From: Clostridiales bacterium
Lineage (GTDB): Bacteria > Bacillota > Clostridia > Christensenellales > CAG-138
Assembly (NCBI GenBank): GCA_004558525.1
Contig: SFCQ01000014.1
Location: forward strand, 67,346-131,345
Reading direction: 5' to 3'
DNA: 64,000 nt
The notes beneath the pieces were generated by a model. It saw only the letters and a program-made list of their open reading frames with translations. It made no database searches and was not told where the DNA came from. Shown piece by piece: positions 1-9,142 of the stretch. A program made the position numbers and the translations under genes. Position 1 is the first letter of the stretch. Each line of letters starts with the position of its first letter.

Positions 1-2
1 GG

Positions 3-83
3 AAACCCGTTCTTGACCGCATGATTATACGTTTGAACACCGAGGGCGTAGAAAGCACTCCTTATAGTGACCGCAAATGGTAA
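3..83 (+). CDS. 3' end of an unidentified CDS entering from the left window edge
   Basis: Frame 3 is open from the window edge to TAA at 81-83 (KPVLDRMIIRLNTEGVESTPYSDRKW*). A hairpin plus T-tract follows at 127-149. It is too short to assign a family. Confidence 0.2.
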   Translation, partial: KPVLDRMIIRLNTEGVESTPYSDRKW

Positions 84-126
84 TCAAAAAGCAGCGGGGA
101 CACACACGTTCCACCCAACACAAAAA

Positions 127-149
127 GGAGAAGGTAGCCCTTCTCCTTT
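127..149 (+). terminator. intrinsic terminator-like hairpin
   Basis: ggagaagg-tagc-ccttctcc followed by ttt. It lies immediately upstream of repeat copy 1. Confidence 0.5.
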
Positions 150-150
150 C

Positions 151-300
151 AGCCTGTCAAAAAAGCCAGTCAACGACTGGTTTTTTGACAGACTACGAAA
201 CCCTAAACGTTTTCATCCGTTCTGACGTGCATGCCGTCAGAGTCGGAATTAGCTTAAGGGGCAGCCGCCCCTTAACAACCCCATAGTTTTTTGACAGGCT
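151..300 (+). repeat. structured intergenic repeat, copy 1 (short variant lacking the second hairpin module)
   Basis: Perfect 14-bp terminal inverted repeat: agcctgtcaaaaaa at 151-164 and ttttttgacaggct at 287-300. It shares the modules gttttcatccgttctgacgtgcatgccgtcagag and cttaaggggcagccgccccttaacaacccc with the six other copies. Confidence 0.9.
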
Positions 301-347
301 GTGGGCAGCTTAGGCTGCTCTTTTTTATGTCATCACTCATATCAAAT

Positions 348-375
348 AAAAAAGAGTGTTTTGCCACTCTTTTTT
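348..375. terminator. bidirectional terminator-like hairpin
   Basis: aaaaaagagtg-ttttgc-cactctttttt, an A-tract/stem/T-tract. It lies downstream of the minus-strand CDS 551..1015. Confidence 0.5.
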
Positions 376-550
376 GCCCGGGTTATCCCCAGTCACAATC
401 ATGCCCAGTTGTGTGTTGCTATTATATAGTACCGTCCTCGTTTTGTAAATACCGTATTTGATAAAGTCCCGCGTTTTTTGTTATCACTTTTTAATGGCGA
501 TATAACGTTCAGCCGTTTAGTTTTGTTGAGGCAGGCATTGTAGGATTATA

Positions 551-1015
551 TCATTCAAAGTTTTTCAGGCCGTCAAACAGCTCGTTAAAGCTTTTTTCCT
601 TTGCGCATCTGCCGAAGGAAAGCTCCCTGTTTTCACCTGCATCAAGCAGAAAGCACTTCGTAAGCTCCTCAACAGTCTGTTCAAGCGCGGTAAAAAACTG
701 ATTATAGGCAAAATCCTGCGCTTTTGACCCTTCCTCAAAGCTTGCAAGTATAAGGCTTTCGGTCACCTGGTCGAGAGGATACATTTTAAGGTGGAACAGC
801 TCATGCGCTATCACTTCCTCAATATTCTCCTGCTTCGGGTTCGCAGCGTTTATAAGCACTATGGCCTTTTTGTCGGTGCAGTCTATTTTTATGTCGCCCG
901 TCTTTCGCCAATCAGGATCTGCAACAAGCTCCAGCTTAACGTCCCACGCTGGCGTTATCCTGAGTTTACTGCTCCAGCGTTCAAGTATCGGCATAATCTC
1001 GGCATGTGTAAGCAT
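551..1015 (-). CDS. hypothetical protein with an HExxH motif (putative small zinc metallopeptidase, family not recognised)
   Basis: 154-aa ORF. The motif IAHELFHL (HExxH) lies mid-protein. Reading the minus strand upstream of the ATG gives tatttgaaaggagcATG (AAGGAG-type RBS). It is divergent from the Dabb gene. Confidence 0.55.
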   Translation of the reverse strand: MLTHAEIMPILERWSSKLRITPAWDVKLELVADPDWRKTGDIKIDCTDKKAIVLINAANPKQENIEEVIAHELFHLKMYPLDQVTESLILASFEEGSKAQDFAYNQFFTALEQTVEELTKCFLLDAGENRELSFGRCAKEKSFNELFDGLKNFE

Positions 1016-1143
1016 AGCATGCTCCTTTCAAATATAAATAAATGCCATCGCTTGGCATAGCCATTTTAGCATGCCATAGCCCTGTTAAGCAACATGCCGC
1101 CCCTCTCTGTAAGCCCGTGCGCCGCATAAATTTTAAGCCGCTA

Positions 1144-1172
1144 TGTTCAAGCAATGGCATTTCTGGTATAAT
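1144..1172 (+). promoter_or_regulatory. candidate sigma-A promoter with extended -10 for the Dabb/uvrBA unit
   Basis: tgg-TATAAT (TGn extended -10) at 1164-1172, with a weak -35 tgttca 17 nt upstream. The RBS aaggag lies at about 1189. Confidence 0.4.
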
Positions 1173-1200
1173 AGCCATAGGCACATAGAAGGAGAATAAG

Positions 1201-1482
1201 ATGATCAAACACGTTGTATGTCACAAGTATAAGGACAAGGCGGAGGCTGAAAAGATAGCGCCTATGCTCAATTCCCTTATGGGCGTTGTACCGTCGCTTA
1301 GGAGCATGGAAACAGGCATTGATTTCATGGATTCAAAAAGGGCGTATCATCTGGTGCTTATAGCCACATTTGACGATAGAGCCGGTCTTGACGCATATGC
1401 CGTAGATCCGGCCCACATGAAGGTGAAGGAATACATACACAGCGTGCTTGAATCCTCCGTTTCGGTGGATTTTGAGTATTGA
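1201..1482 (+). CDS. Dabb (stress-responsive alpha/beta-barrel) family protein
   Basis: 93 aa, starting [12 protein letters not shown] and containing [26 protein letters not shown], typical of Dabb domain proteins. Strong RBS. Confidence 0.8.
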   Translation: MIKHVVCHKYKDKAEAEKIAPMLNSLMGVVPSLRSMETGIDFMDSKRAYHLVLIATFDDRAGLDAYAVDPAHMKVKEYIHSVLESSVSVDFEY

Positions 1483-1483
1483 T

Positions 1484-3520
1484 ATGGGCAGGTTCAAGGC
1501 CGTAACCCCTTTTGAGCCAAAGGGCGACCAACCGGAGGCTATAGAGAAGCTTTCCAACGGCGTGCTCAACGGCGACAGGCTTCAGGTATTAAAAGGGGTC
1601 ACAGGCAGCGGCAAAACATTCACAATGGCAAAGGTGATAGAGCGCGTGCAGAAGCCTACGCTCGTTATCGCCCACAACAAAACGCTTGCAGCCCAGCTGT
1701 GCGGAGAGTTTAAGGAGTTCTTTCCGGACAGCGCCGTTGAGTATTTTGTTTCTTATTATGATTATTACCAGCCGGAAGCTTATATAGCTTCCTCGGATAC
1801 CTATATTGAAAAGGTAGCTACCGTAAACGATGAAATAGACAAGCTCAGGCTCAGCGCCACATCTGCGCTCAATGAACGCAGCGATGTTATAATAGTGGCG
1901 TCCGTTTCCTGCATATACGCGCTGGGCGATCCGGAGGAGTACCTTAAGCTTTCCGTATCGCTCAGGGAGGGCATGCAGATGGAAAGGAACGAGCTGTTGA
2001 AAAGGCTCGTCGATATACAGTATCAGCGCAGCGAATTTGACTTCGGCAGGGGCGACTTCAGGGTAAAGGGAGACATTGTTGACATAATGCCCGCCAACTG
2101 GAGCGAAAAGGCATTAAGAATAAGCTTTTTTGGCGACGAGATAGAGAGGATAAGCGAGATAAACGCGCTTACCGGCCAGGTGATAACCGATAGAAGCCAC
2201 GTTGCCATATTTCCGGCCACGCACTATGTTGCGGGGCGGGACAAGCTTGAAGCCTGCATAGGCGAAATAGAGAGCGACATGCACAAGCGCGTTGCCGAGT
2301 TCAAAAGCGAGGATAAGCTGCTTGAAGCGCAGCGCATTGCCCAGCGCACGGAATACGACATCGAAATGATGCGCGAGATAGGCTATTGTCAGGGCATAGA
2401 GAACTATTCCCGCTATTTTGACGGCAGGAAGCCCGGGCAGCCGCCCTTTACGCTGCTTGATTATTTCCCGGACGACTTTCTTATGTTCATAGATGAAAGC
2501 CATGTAACGCTCCCGCAGATAAGGGGCATGTACGCGGGCGACTATTCGCGCAAAAAGGAGCTTGTGGAATACGGCTTCAGGCTGCCCGCAGCGTTTGACA
2601 ACAGGCCGCTGAGATATGAGGAGTTTGAAAGGCGCATAAACCAGCTTATATGCGTATCCGCAACGCCCGGGGAATACGAGCTTGAAAGAAGCGAGCAAAC
2701 GGTCGAGCAGATAATCAGGCCGACAGGGCTTCTCGATCCGGAAATAACCGTAAGGCCTGTCGAAGGGCAGATAGACGACCTGCTAAGCGAGGTGCGTTTG
2801 ACAGCGCAAAAGGGCTACAGGACGCTCGCTACCACGCTCACAAAGCGCATGGCGGAAACGCTTACGGAGTATCTTGACTCTATGGGCGTGCGCGTAAGAT
2901 ACATGCACAGCGATATTGAAACGATAGAGCGCATGCAGATAATCCGCGACCTAAGGCTGGGCGAGTTCGACGTGCTTGTAGGCATAAACCTTTTAAGGGA
3001 GGGCCTTGATATTCCGGAGGTCGGCCTTGTGGCTATACTGGACGCCGACAAGGAGGGCTTTTTAAGGAGCGCGACAAGCCTTATACAAACCGTTGGCCGC
3101 GCCGCAAGAAATGTGGACGGGCGGGTAATAATGTATGCTGACGAGATCACCGATTCCATGCGCGCCGCGATAGACGAAACCAATTACAGGCGCGAAAAGC
3201 AGATGGCCTTCAACAAGGCGCACGGCATAGTGCCGCAAAGCATAAGGAAGGACGTCCGCAATGTGCTTGAAATATCGCATAAGAACAGAGAGGCGCGTGA
3301 AGGGCTTTCAAAAGAGGCTTTGGTGGAGCGCAAGGCGATATTGCAGCAGCAGATGCGCCAGGCGGCGGCGGAGCTTGATTTTGAAACCGCGGCTAAGCTC
3401 AGGGACGAGCTGTTTGATTTGACCGGAGAAAACACGGCGGTCGCCAAGCCCGCCCCGGGAACCGTCGGCAGCGCCAAGCGCAGCCGCGGCAGGGGTCGCA
3501 AATCGCCAAAACGCAAATAA
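1484..3520 (+). CDS. uvrB: excinuclease ABC subunit B
   Basis: [20 protein letters not shown], Walker [10 protein letters not shown] and a C-terminal UVR motif ([16 protein letters not shown]). I place the start at the ATG at 1484, 1 nt after the Dabb stop. The ORF-track start at 1448 would overlap the Dabb gene. Confidence 0.97.
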   Translation: MGRFKAVTPFEPKGDQPEAIEKLSNGVLNGDRLQVLKGVTGSGKTFTMAKVIERVQKPTLVIAHNKTLAAQLCGEFKEFFPDSAVEYFVSYYDYYQPEAYIASSDTYIEKVATVNDEIDKLRLSATSALNERSDVIIVASVSCIYALGDPEEYLKLSVSLREGMQMERNELLKRLVDIQYQRSEFDFGRGDFRVKGDIVDIMPANWSEKALRISFFGDEIERISEINALTGQVITDRSHVAIFPATHYVAGRDKLEACIGEIESDMHKRVAEFKSEDKLLEAQRIAQRTEYDIEMMREIGYCQGIENYSRYFDGRKPGQPPFTLLDYFPDDFLMFIDESHVTLPQIRGMYAGDYSRKKELVEYGFRLPAAFDNRPLRYEEFERRINQLICVSATPGEYELERSEQTVEQIIRPTGLLDPEITVRPVEGQIDDLLSEVRLTAQKGYRTLATTLTKRMAETLTEYLDSMGVRVRYMHSDIETIERMQIIRDLRLGEFDVLVGINLLREGLDIPEVGLVAILDADKEGFLRSATSLIQTVGRAARNVDGRVIMYADEITDSMRAAIDETNYRREKQMAFNKAHGIVPQSIRKDVRNVLEISHKNREAREGLSKEALVERKAILQQQMRQAAAELDFETAAKLRDELFDLTGENTAVAKPAPGTVGSAKRSRGRGRKSPKRK

Positions 3521-3542
3521 TTTAAGTATTATAGGGTAACAT

Positions 3543-6377
3543 ATGAAAAATGAAATTGTGATACGCGGAGCAAGGGAGCATAACCTGAAAAACGTAAGCC
3601 TTACCCTTCCCCGCGATAAAATGATAGTATTTACCGGACTTTCAGGTTCCGGCAAGTCGTCCTTGGCATTTGATACGATATATGCCGAAGGGCAGCGCCG
3701 CTATGTTGAATCGCTTTCATCATATGCGAGGCAGTTTTTAGGGCAGATGGAAAAGCCCGACGTCGAGCTGATAGAGGGCCTCTCCCCCGCCATTTCTATA
3801 GACCAGAAAAGCACCAGCAATAACCCGCGTTCTACCGTAGGCACAGTCACGGAGATACACGATTATCTAAGGCTGCTCTATGCGCGCATAGGCATACCGC
3901 ACTGCCCAAAGTGCGGCAGGGTTATAGAGCGGCAAACGGTTGACCAGGTCGTAGAGCAGATAATGGCGCTTGGCGAAGGCGCAAGGGTTCAGATAATCGC
4001 GCCCGCGGTAAGGGGCAGAAAAGGCGAACATGCTAAGCTTCTCGCCCAGATACAGAAGGACGGCTATGTTAGGGTAAAGGTCGACGGCACGGTTTACGAC
4101 ATAGCGGACGTGCCTGTGTTGGATAAAAAGCTGAAGCACACCATTGACGTTATAGTTGATAGGATAATCGTGCGCAAAGGCTCGGAAGGCAGGCTTGCCG
4201 ATTCGCTTGAGACGGCTTTTTCCTTCGGCGCGGGCCTGGCCAAGGTGGAGCACAACGGCGAGGAACAGCTATTCAGCGAAAACTATGCCTGCCCCGAGTG
4301 CGGCATAAGCATTGAAGAGCTTACACCGAGAATGTTCAGCTTCAACAATCCATACGGCGCATGCCCCACCTGCTCCGGGCTGGGCTCTCTTATGAAAATA
4401 GATCCGGCCCTGATAGTGCCAAACGAGGAGCTTTCGCTTAAAAAAGGCGCCATAAACGCTACCGGCTGGCAAAGCTCCAACGCTTCTTCAATAGCCGGCA
4501 TGTATCTTGCCGCTTTGGGAGAAAAATACGGGTTCAGCCTTGACACCCCGTTTAAGAAGCTTTCCGCCGAGGCAAAAAAGGTCATTCTTTACGGCACAGG
4601 CTCAGAACGCATACACGTTGAATATCATAAGGAGTTTGGCGAAGGCAGCTACGATTCCCCCTTTGAAGGCGTTATACCCAATCTTGAAAGGCGATACAGG
4701 GAAACGCAGTCTGACTTCATGAAGCGCGAGATAGAGGAATACATGGCCAACATCCCCTGCCCCGACTGCAACGGCAAAAGGCTGAAAAAGGAAAGCCTTT
4801 CCGTCACCGTAGGCGGCATGAATATAGCGGAGATCAGCGATATGACCGTAAGGCATGCAAGGGAGAAGCTCGGCTCGCTCAAGCTCACGCAAACGGAGGA
4901 GCTTATTGCAAGGCAGATACTTAAGGAGATTGATTCAAGGCTGGGCTTCCTTATAAGCGTTGGGCTTGATTATCTTACGCTTTCAAGAATGGCCGGTACG
5001 CTTTCAGGCGGGGAAGCGCAGCGCATACGGCTTGCCACGCAGATAGGCTCGAGCCTGGTCGGCGTATTGTATATACTTGATGAGCCGAGCATTGGCCTGC
5101 ACCAAAGGGACAACGCAAGGCTTATAGACACATTAAAGGGCATGCGCGACCTTGGCAACACGCTTATAGTTGTCGAGCATGACGAGGAGACCATGCTTAA
5201 CGCCGATTACATAGTTGATATAGGCCCAGGCCCCGGCGAACACGGCGGCGAGGTGGTCTTTGCAGGAACGCCGGAGGAGATACTTAAGGACGAAAACTCG
5301 ATAACCGGCAAGTATCTTTCCGGAAGAGAATATATACCGATACCCAAGCACAGGCGGCCTGTCGGCGAAAGCTGGCTCAGCATACGCGGCGCAAGGGCGA
5401 ACAATCTTAAGAACGTAAACGCCGATATACCGATAGGCGTGTTCACATGCGTTACCGGCGTTTCCGGCAGCGGAAAATCAAGCCTAGTTAACGAGGTCAT
5501 GAAAAAGGCTCTGCTGCGCGACCTTAACAGGGCGCGCACAAAGCCGGGCGAACACGACGCCATTTTGGGAATTGAAAAGCTCGATAAAATAATAGACATA
5601 GACCAATCCCCAATAGGGCGCACGCCAAGGAGCAATCCGGCCACATATACAGGGCTTTTTGACCTTGTCAGGGACGTTTTTGCCCAGACTCCGGACGCTA
5701 AGATGCGCGGCTACACAAACGGCAGGTTCAGCTTTAACGTGAAAGGCGGCCGGTGTGAGGCCTGTCATGGCGACGGCATACTCAAAATAGAAATGCACTT
5801 TTTGCCAGATATATATGTCCCCTGCGAGGTGTGCGGCGGCAAGCGCTACAACAGGGAAACGCTCGAGGTAAGGTATAAGGGCAAAACGATAGCCGACGTG
5901 CTCGATATGACAGTTGAGGAAGCGCTGCATTTCTTCGCGCCGCTGCCGAAGCTTGCAAAAAAGCTTCAAACGCTATATGATGTGGGTTTAGGATATATAA
6001 GGCTCGGCCAGCCTTCAACAACGCTTTCAGGCGGCGAGGCGCAGCGCGTAAAGCTCGCCACCGAGCTTGCAAGGAAGGATACCGGCAGGACGATATATGT
6101 ACTTGACGAGCCTACCACCGGACTGCATACGGACGATGTTAAGCGGCTTTTGAGCATATTGCAGCGGCTTTGCAATGGCGGCAGCACGGTAGTAGTTATA
6201 GAGCATAACCTTGACGTTATAAAGGCTGCGGACTATATAATCGACCTTGGCCCCGAGGGCGGCGACATGGGCGGCACGATAGTATGCTGCGGCACGCCCG
6301 AACAGGTAGCCGAAAACGGGAAAAGCTATACCGGAAAATATCTTAAGCCCGTGCTCGACAAGGGCATACGGGAATAA
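3543..6377 (+). CDS. uvrA: excinuclease ABC subunit A
   Basis: 944 aa with two ABC modules (GLSGSGKSS and GVSGSGKSS), CxxC zinc modules and LSGGE signatures. Confidence 0.98.
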   Translation: MKNEIVIRGAREHNLKNVSLTLPRDKMIVFTGLSGSGKSSLAFDTIYAEGQRRYVESLSSYARQFLGQMEKPDVELIEGLSPAISIDQKSTSNNPRSTVGTVTEIHDYLRLLYARIGIPHCPKCGRVIERQTVDQVVEQIMALGEGARVQIIAPAVRGRKGEHAKLLAQIQKDGYVRVKVDGTVYDIADVPVLDKKLKHTIDVIVDRIIVRKGSEGRLADSLETAFSFGAGLAKVEHNGEEQLFSENYACPECGISIEELTPRMFSFNNPYGACPTCSGLGSLMKIDPALIVPNEELSLKKGAINATGWQSSNASSIAGMYLAALGEKYGFSLDTPFKKLSAEAKKVILYGTGSERIHVEYHKEFGEGSYDSPFEGVIPNLERRYRETQSDFMKREIEEYMANIPCPDCNGKRLKKESLSVTVGGMNIAEISDMTVRHAREKLGSLKLTQTEELIARQILKEIDSRLGFLISVGLDYLTLSRMAGTLSGGEAQRIRLATQIGSSLVGVLYILDEPSIGLHQRDNARLIDTLKGMRDLGNTLIVVEHDEETMLNADYIVDIGPGPGEHGGEVVFAGTPEEILKDENSITGKYLSGREYIPIPKHRRPVGESWLSIRGARANNLKNVNADIPIGVFTCVTGVSGSGKSSLVNEVMKKALLRDLNRARTKPGEHDAILGIEKLDKIIDIDQSPIGRTPRSNPATYTGLFDLVRDVFAQTPDAKMRGYTNGRFSFNVKGGRCEACHGDGILKIEMHFLPDIYVPCEVCGGKRYNRETLEVRYKGKTIADVLDMTVEEALHFFAPLPKLAKKLQTLYDVGLGYIRLGQPSTTLSGGEAQRVKLATELARKDTGRTIYVLDEPTTGLHTDDVKRLLSILQRLCNGGSTVVVIEHNLDVIKAADYIIDLGPEGGDMGGTIVCCGTPEQVAENGKSYTGKYLKPVLDKGIRE

Positions 6378-6405
6378 AAAATACTTATTCAGCGGAGGGC
6401 CTGCT

Positions 6406-7143
6406 ATGGACGGAGGCATGACAAAATGGTACAAGGCTGCTGAAAAGCGCTATTCCGTAAGAAGATACTCTCAGGAGCCATCTTTGGAGGATATGCTTTC
6501 TCTTGAAAGCACTGCGGCTGCGCTTAGCGTACGAGGTGTGCGCATAGCAGTAGGAGTTGAGCAGAAGGTTTTTTCCGGCTTAAAGGGTTCAAGGATAAAA
6601 GGCAGCAGCGCCTTTGCCGCGTTCATAACAAAAAATGGAGACGAGGTATCGCTCGGCTATCTTGGCGAGGCGTTTGTGCTTGAATGCACGGCGCTCGGTC
6701 TGGGCACATGCTGGCTCGGCGCAAACTTCAACAGGTCTGCCGTAAACGACGCCATAGGCCTGAAAAAGAATGAAAAGGTAATATGCGTAACGCCTATAGG
6801 CATAGCCGCCGAGCCTTTTATCAGAAGGAAGCGCAAGGGCGTTGAGGAGCTTACCTGGCTTGAGGACGACGAATTTGAAAAGCTTCCTGCATGGCAAAGG
6901 AGCGCCATACAGTGCGCTATAATCGCCCCGAGCGCCATAGGCCGCCAGCCGTATGAGTTCATAAGCGAAAACGGCGGCATCACCATGGTCAACGGCGGCC
7001 GCAATTTTGGCTTTGGCGATGTTGACCGTGGCATAGCCATGCTGCATATAGAGCTTGGCGCCGCCAACGAGGGCGTACACGGCACATGGCATAAGCACAA
7101 GGGTGATACCCGCTTTGTTCCCGAGGAAAATATTATGGACTGA
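6406..7143 (+). CDS. nitroreductase family protein
   Basis: 245 aa. KRYSVRRY near the N-terminus and LGLGTCWLG are typical of the nitroreductase fold. RBS ggaggg lies 6 nt upstream. Confidence 0.75.
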   Translation: MDGGMTKWYKAAEKRYSVRRYSQEPSLEDMLSLESTAAALSVRGVRIAVGVEQKVFSGLKGSRIKGSSAFAAFITKNGDEVSLGYLGEAFVLECTALGLGTCWLGANFNRSAVNDAIGLKKNEKVICVTPIGIAAEPFIRRKRKGVEELTWLEDDEFEKLPAWQRSAIQCAIIAPSAIGRQPYEFISENGGITMVNGGRNFGFGDVDRGIAMLHIELGAANEGVHGTWHKHKGDTRFVPEENIMD

Positions 7144-7224
7144 GGCATTGCGCGCAAGCAATAATCAAGCTATAATAAAAAACGGAGATCGTCAAATCTT
7201 CATAGGTTTAGGTTGGAGGAAGGT

Positions 7225-7854
7225 ATGAGCTTCAAAAGAGTATCGGAGGCTGTTATCAGGCGAATACCTCGCTATTACAGGCATCTTGTCATGCTTGAAT
7301 CGCAGGGGGTCGAGCGAATAAGCAGCGAAAGGCTTGCAAAGCAGATGAATCTTAACGCTTCTCAGGTGAGGCAGGATTTCAACTGTTTTGGCGGCTTTGG
7401 CCAGCAGGGATACGGCTACAATGTATCCACGCTTATTTCTGAGATCAAAAAGATAATGGCCATAGACCGCAAGCACAGCATCATAATAGTCGGCGCCGGC
7501 AATATAGGCCACGCGCTTACTAACTTCCCCGGCTTTAACGAATCCGGCTTTGAGGTCAAGGCGCTTTTTGATATCAATAAAGAGCTTATCGGCTCCAGCG
7601 TAAACGGCCGCCCCGTGCTGGACATTAAGGATATGGACGAATATATCAGGCAGAACTCCATTGACATTGGCGTTATCGCGGCAAGGCGCACCGCTGCTCA
7701 GGAGATTGCGGACAGGATGTGCGCCGCCGGGATAAGGGGCATATGGAACTTTGTACCAGTTGACCTTACAACGTCAGTACCTATAGAGAATGTACACTTG
7801 AGCGAAAGCTTGAGCACATTGTCTTATAAAATAGAGCATGGTATGCTCGACTGA
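7225..7854 (+). CDS. rex: redox-sensing transcriptional repressor Rex
   Basis: RIPRYYRHL, NASQVRQDFNCFGGFGQQGYGY and the Rossmann motif IIIVGAGNIGHAL. I chose the ATG at 7225 (GGAGG 5 nt upstream). The ORF track starts at a TTG at 7213. Confidence 0.9.
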   Translation: MSFKRVSEAVIRRIPRYYRHLVMLESQGVERISSERLAKQMNLNASQVRQDFNCFGGFGQQGYGYNVSTLISEIKKIMAIDRKHSIIIVGAGNIGHALTNFPGFNESGFEVKALFDINKELIGSSVNGRPVLDIKDMDEYIRQNSIDIGVIAARRTAAQEIADRMCAAGIRGIWNFVPVDLTTSVPIENVHLSESLSTLSYKIEHGMLD

Positions 7855-7905
7855 GCTTTATATAAAACCAGCAAATAATAGCTAATAGTTTAGGAGGTAA
7901 AAAGA

Positions 7906-8451
7906 ATGAAATACCGTTGCAGCGTTTGTGGTTATATCCATGAAGGAAACCAGCCGCCCGAGTTTTGCCCCCAGTGCAAAGCTCCTGCTTCAAAGTTTGT
8001 TCCCGTTGAGGAAAACAAGCTTGATTGGGCTGCCGAGCATGTTGTCGGCGTAGCCAAGGGCGTTGATCCTGAAATAATTGAAGGTCTGCGCGCCAACTTT
8101 AACGGCGAATGTACCGAAGTCGGCATGTATCTTGCCATGGCCAGGGTCGCCCATCGTGAAGGCTATCCCGAGATCGGTCTTTATTGGGAAAAGGCTGCAT
8201 ATGAAGAAGCCGAGCATGCTGCCAAGTTTGCCGAGCTTCTTGGCGAAGTAGTCACGGACAGCACCAGGAAAAACCTTGAAATGCGCGTAGCGGCTGAAAA
8301 CGGCGCTACTCTCGGCAAGACCGAGCTTGCTAAAAAGGCCAAGGCGCTCAATCTTGACGCCATACATGACACCGTGCACGAGATGGCCCGCGACGAGGCC
8401 CGGCACGGCAAGGCCTTCGAAGGCCTGCTGAAGCGGTACTTCGGCGAATAA
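7906..8451 (+). CDS. reverse rubrerythrin (N-terminal rubredoxin-like CxxC..CxxC domain plus C-terminal ferritin-like di-iron domain)
   Basis: CSVCGY...CPQCK at the N-terminus, then the ExxH motifs EEAEH and DEARH. RBS aggagg. Confidence 0.88.
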   Translation: MKYRCSVCGYIHEGNQPPEFCPQCKAPASKFVPVEENKLDWAAEHVVGVAKGVDPEIIEGLRANFNGECTEVGMYLAMARVAHREGYPEIGLYWEKAAYEEAEHAAKFAELLGEVVTDSTRKNLEMRVAAENGATLGKTELAKKAKALNLDAIHDTVHEMARDEARHGKAFEGLLKRYFGE

Positions 8452-8470
8452 TAAAAAGGAGTAAAGCACA

Positions 8471-8626
8471 ATGACTAAGTACAAATGCCCCTGCGGCTAT
8501 GAATACGATCCTGCCGTCGGTGATCCCGATAACGGCATTGCTCCCGGAACTGCCTGGGAAGATCTGCCCGAAGATTGGGTATGCCCCATCTGCGGCCTGA
8601 GCAAAGACGCTTTTGTCGAGGCGTAA
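8471..8626 (+). CDS. rubredoxin
   Basis: 51-codon ORF absent from the track because it is under 60 aa: [51 protein letters not shown]. It has the classic CxC...CPxCG rubredoxin pattern. RBS aaggag lies 8 nt upstream. Confidence 0.85.
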   Translation: MTKYKCPCGYEYDPAVGDPDNGIAPGTAWEDLPEDWVCPICGLSKDAFVEA

Positions 8627-8652
8627 AGCTTGGACTATATGTGCAAGGCCTC

Positions 8653-8787
8653 AAAAAAGCGCAAAAGGCGTTAACAAATCCTCTTCTATCATTAAATGAC
8701 GCTTGCAGCATTAAGCGCGATATGTGCCGATGCGAGGCTCGCCACGGCAAGGCCTTCAAAGGCCTGCTGAAGAGATACTTCAAGTGA
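8653..8787 (+). pseudogene. relic of a rubrerythrin 3' end (about 45 codons, no start codon)
   Basis: It translates to ...[44 protein letters not shown], compared with ...[39 protein letters not shown] for the real gene. The last 48 nt match the intact gene at 42 of 48 positions. Confidence 0.55.
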
Positions 8788-8802
8788 TTTAGCACATCTG
8801 AA

Positions 8803-8825
8803 GGGGGCAAGCTATTGCCCCCTTT
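8803..8825 (+). terminator. intrinsic terminator
   Basis: gggggcaa-gcta-ttgccccc followed by ttt. Repeat copy 2 begins 1 nt later. Confidence 0.6.
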
Positions 8826-8826
8826 C

Positions 8827-9025
8827 AGAGTGTCGAAAAAGTGGCTATTCGCCACTTTTTCGAGTTTTCACAGGTTTTGCCTCTCGTATTAGCTCCCGGG
8901 CGGCAAAACCCGCAAGGTACGAAAACCTGAAGGTTTTCATCCGTTCTGACGTGCATACCGTCAGAGCCGGAATAAAGCTTAAGGGGCAGCCGCCCCTTAA
9001 CAACCCCAAGGTTTATCGATAGGCT
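8827..9025 (+). repeat. structured intergenic repeat, copy 2 (full length)
   Basis: agagtgtcgaaaaagtggc...gccactttttcgag / ggttttgcc...ggcaaaaccc / gaaaacc-tgaa-ggttttc / tctgacg-tgcatac-cgtcaga / ttaaggggc-agcc-gccccttaa / ...gtttatcgataggct. Confidence 0.92.
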
Positions 9026-9079
9026 GATTTATTATAATATGCCGTTTTGGGTTATTTTTATAAAATAGGTATTCCATTT

Positions 9080-9108
9080 TTGCACATGTGGTTATATAAT
9101 GCTATATA
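9080..9108 (+). promoter_or_regulatory. candidate sigma-A promoter upstream of the Cys-rich small ORF
   Basis: TTGCAC, 17 nt spacer, TATATA, in an AT-rich region. Confidence 0.4.
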
Positions 9109-9142
9109 ATAATATATGATCTATTATCTGTTGGAGGACGGT

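Noticed and set aside
77-286. ORFs that run through the repeat copies: 77-286, 11319-11546, 23653-23919, 35484-35765, 57776-58012 and the 5' part of 8475-8855. They give similar peptides (…GGCPLSFIPALTACTSER.KTFRFSY.AGFAARE…), which might suggest a small protein family.
   Set aside because: - The peptide similarity simply reflects the nucleotide identity of the repeat.
- The frame is broken by a stop in copy 4 (…ccc tta agc taa) and by a 49-nt deletion in copy 1.
- Start codons differ or are non-ATG, and none has an RBS.
- The sequence is dominated by paired hairpin arms.
8575-8787. A 70-aa ORF downstream of rubrerythrin.
   Set aside because: Its 5' part is an out-of-frame read of the rubredoxin gene. 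Its 3' part is the rubrerythrin 3' relic. There is no RBS.
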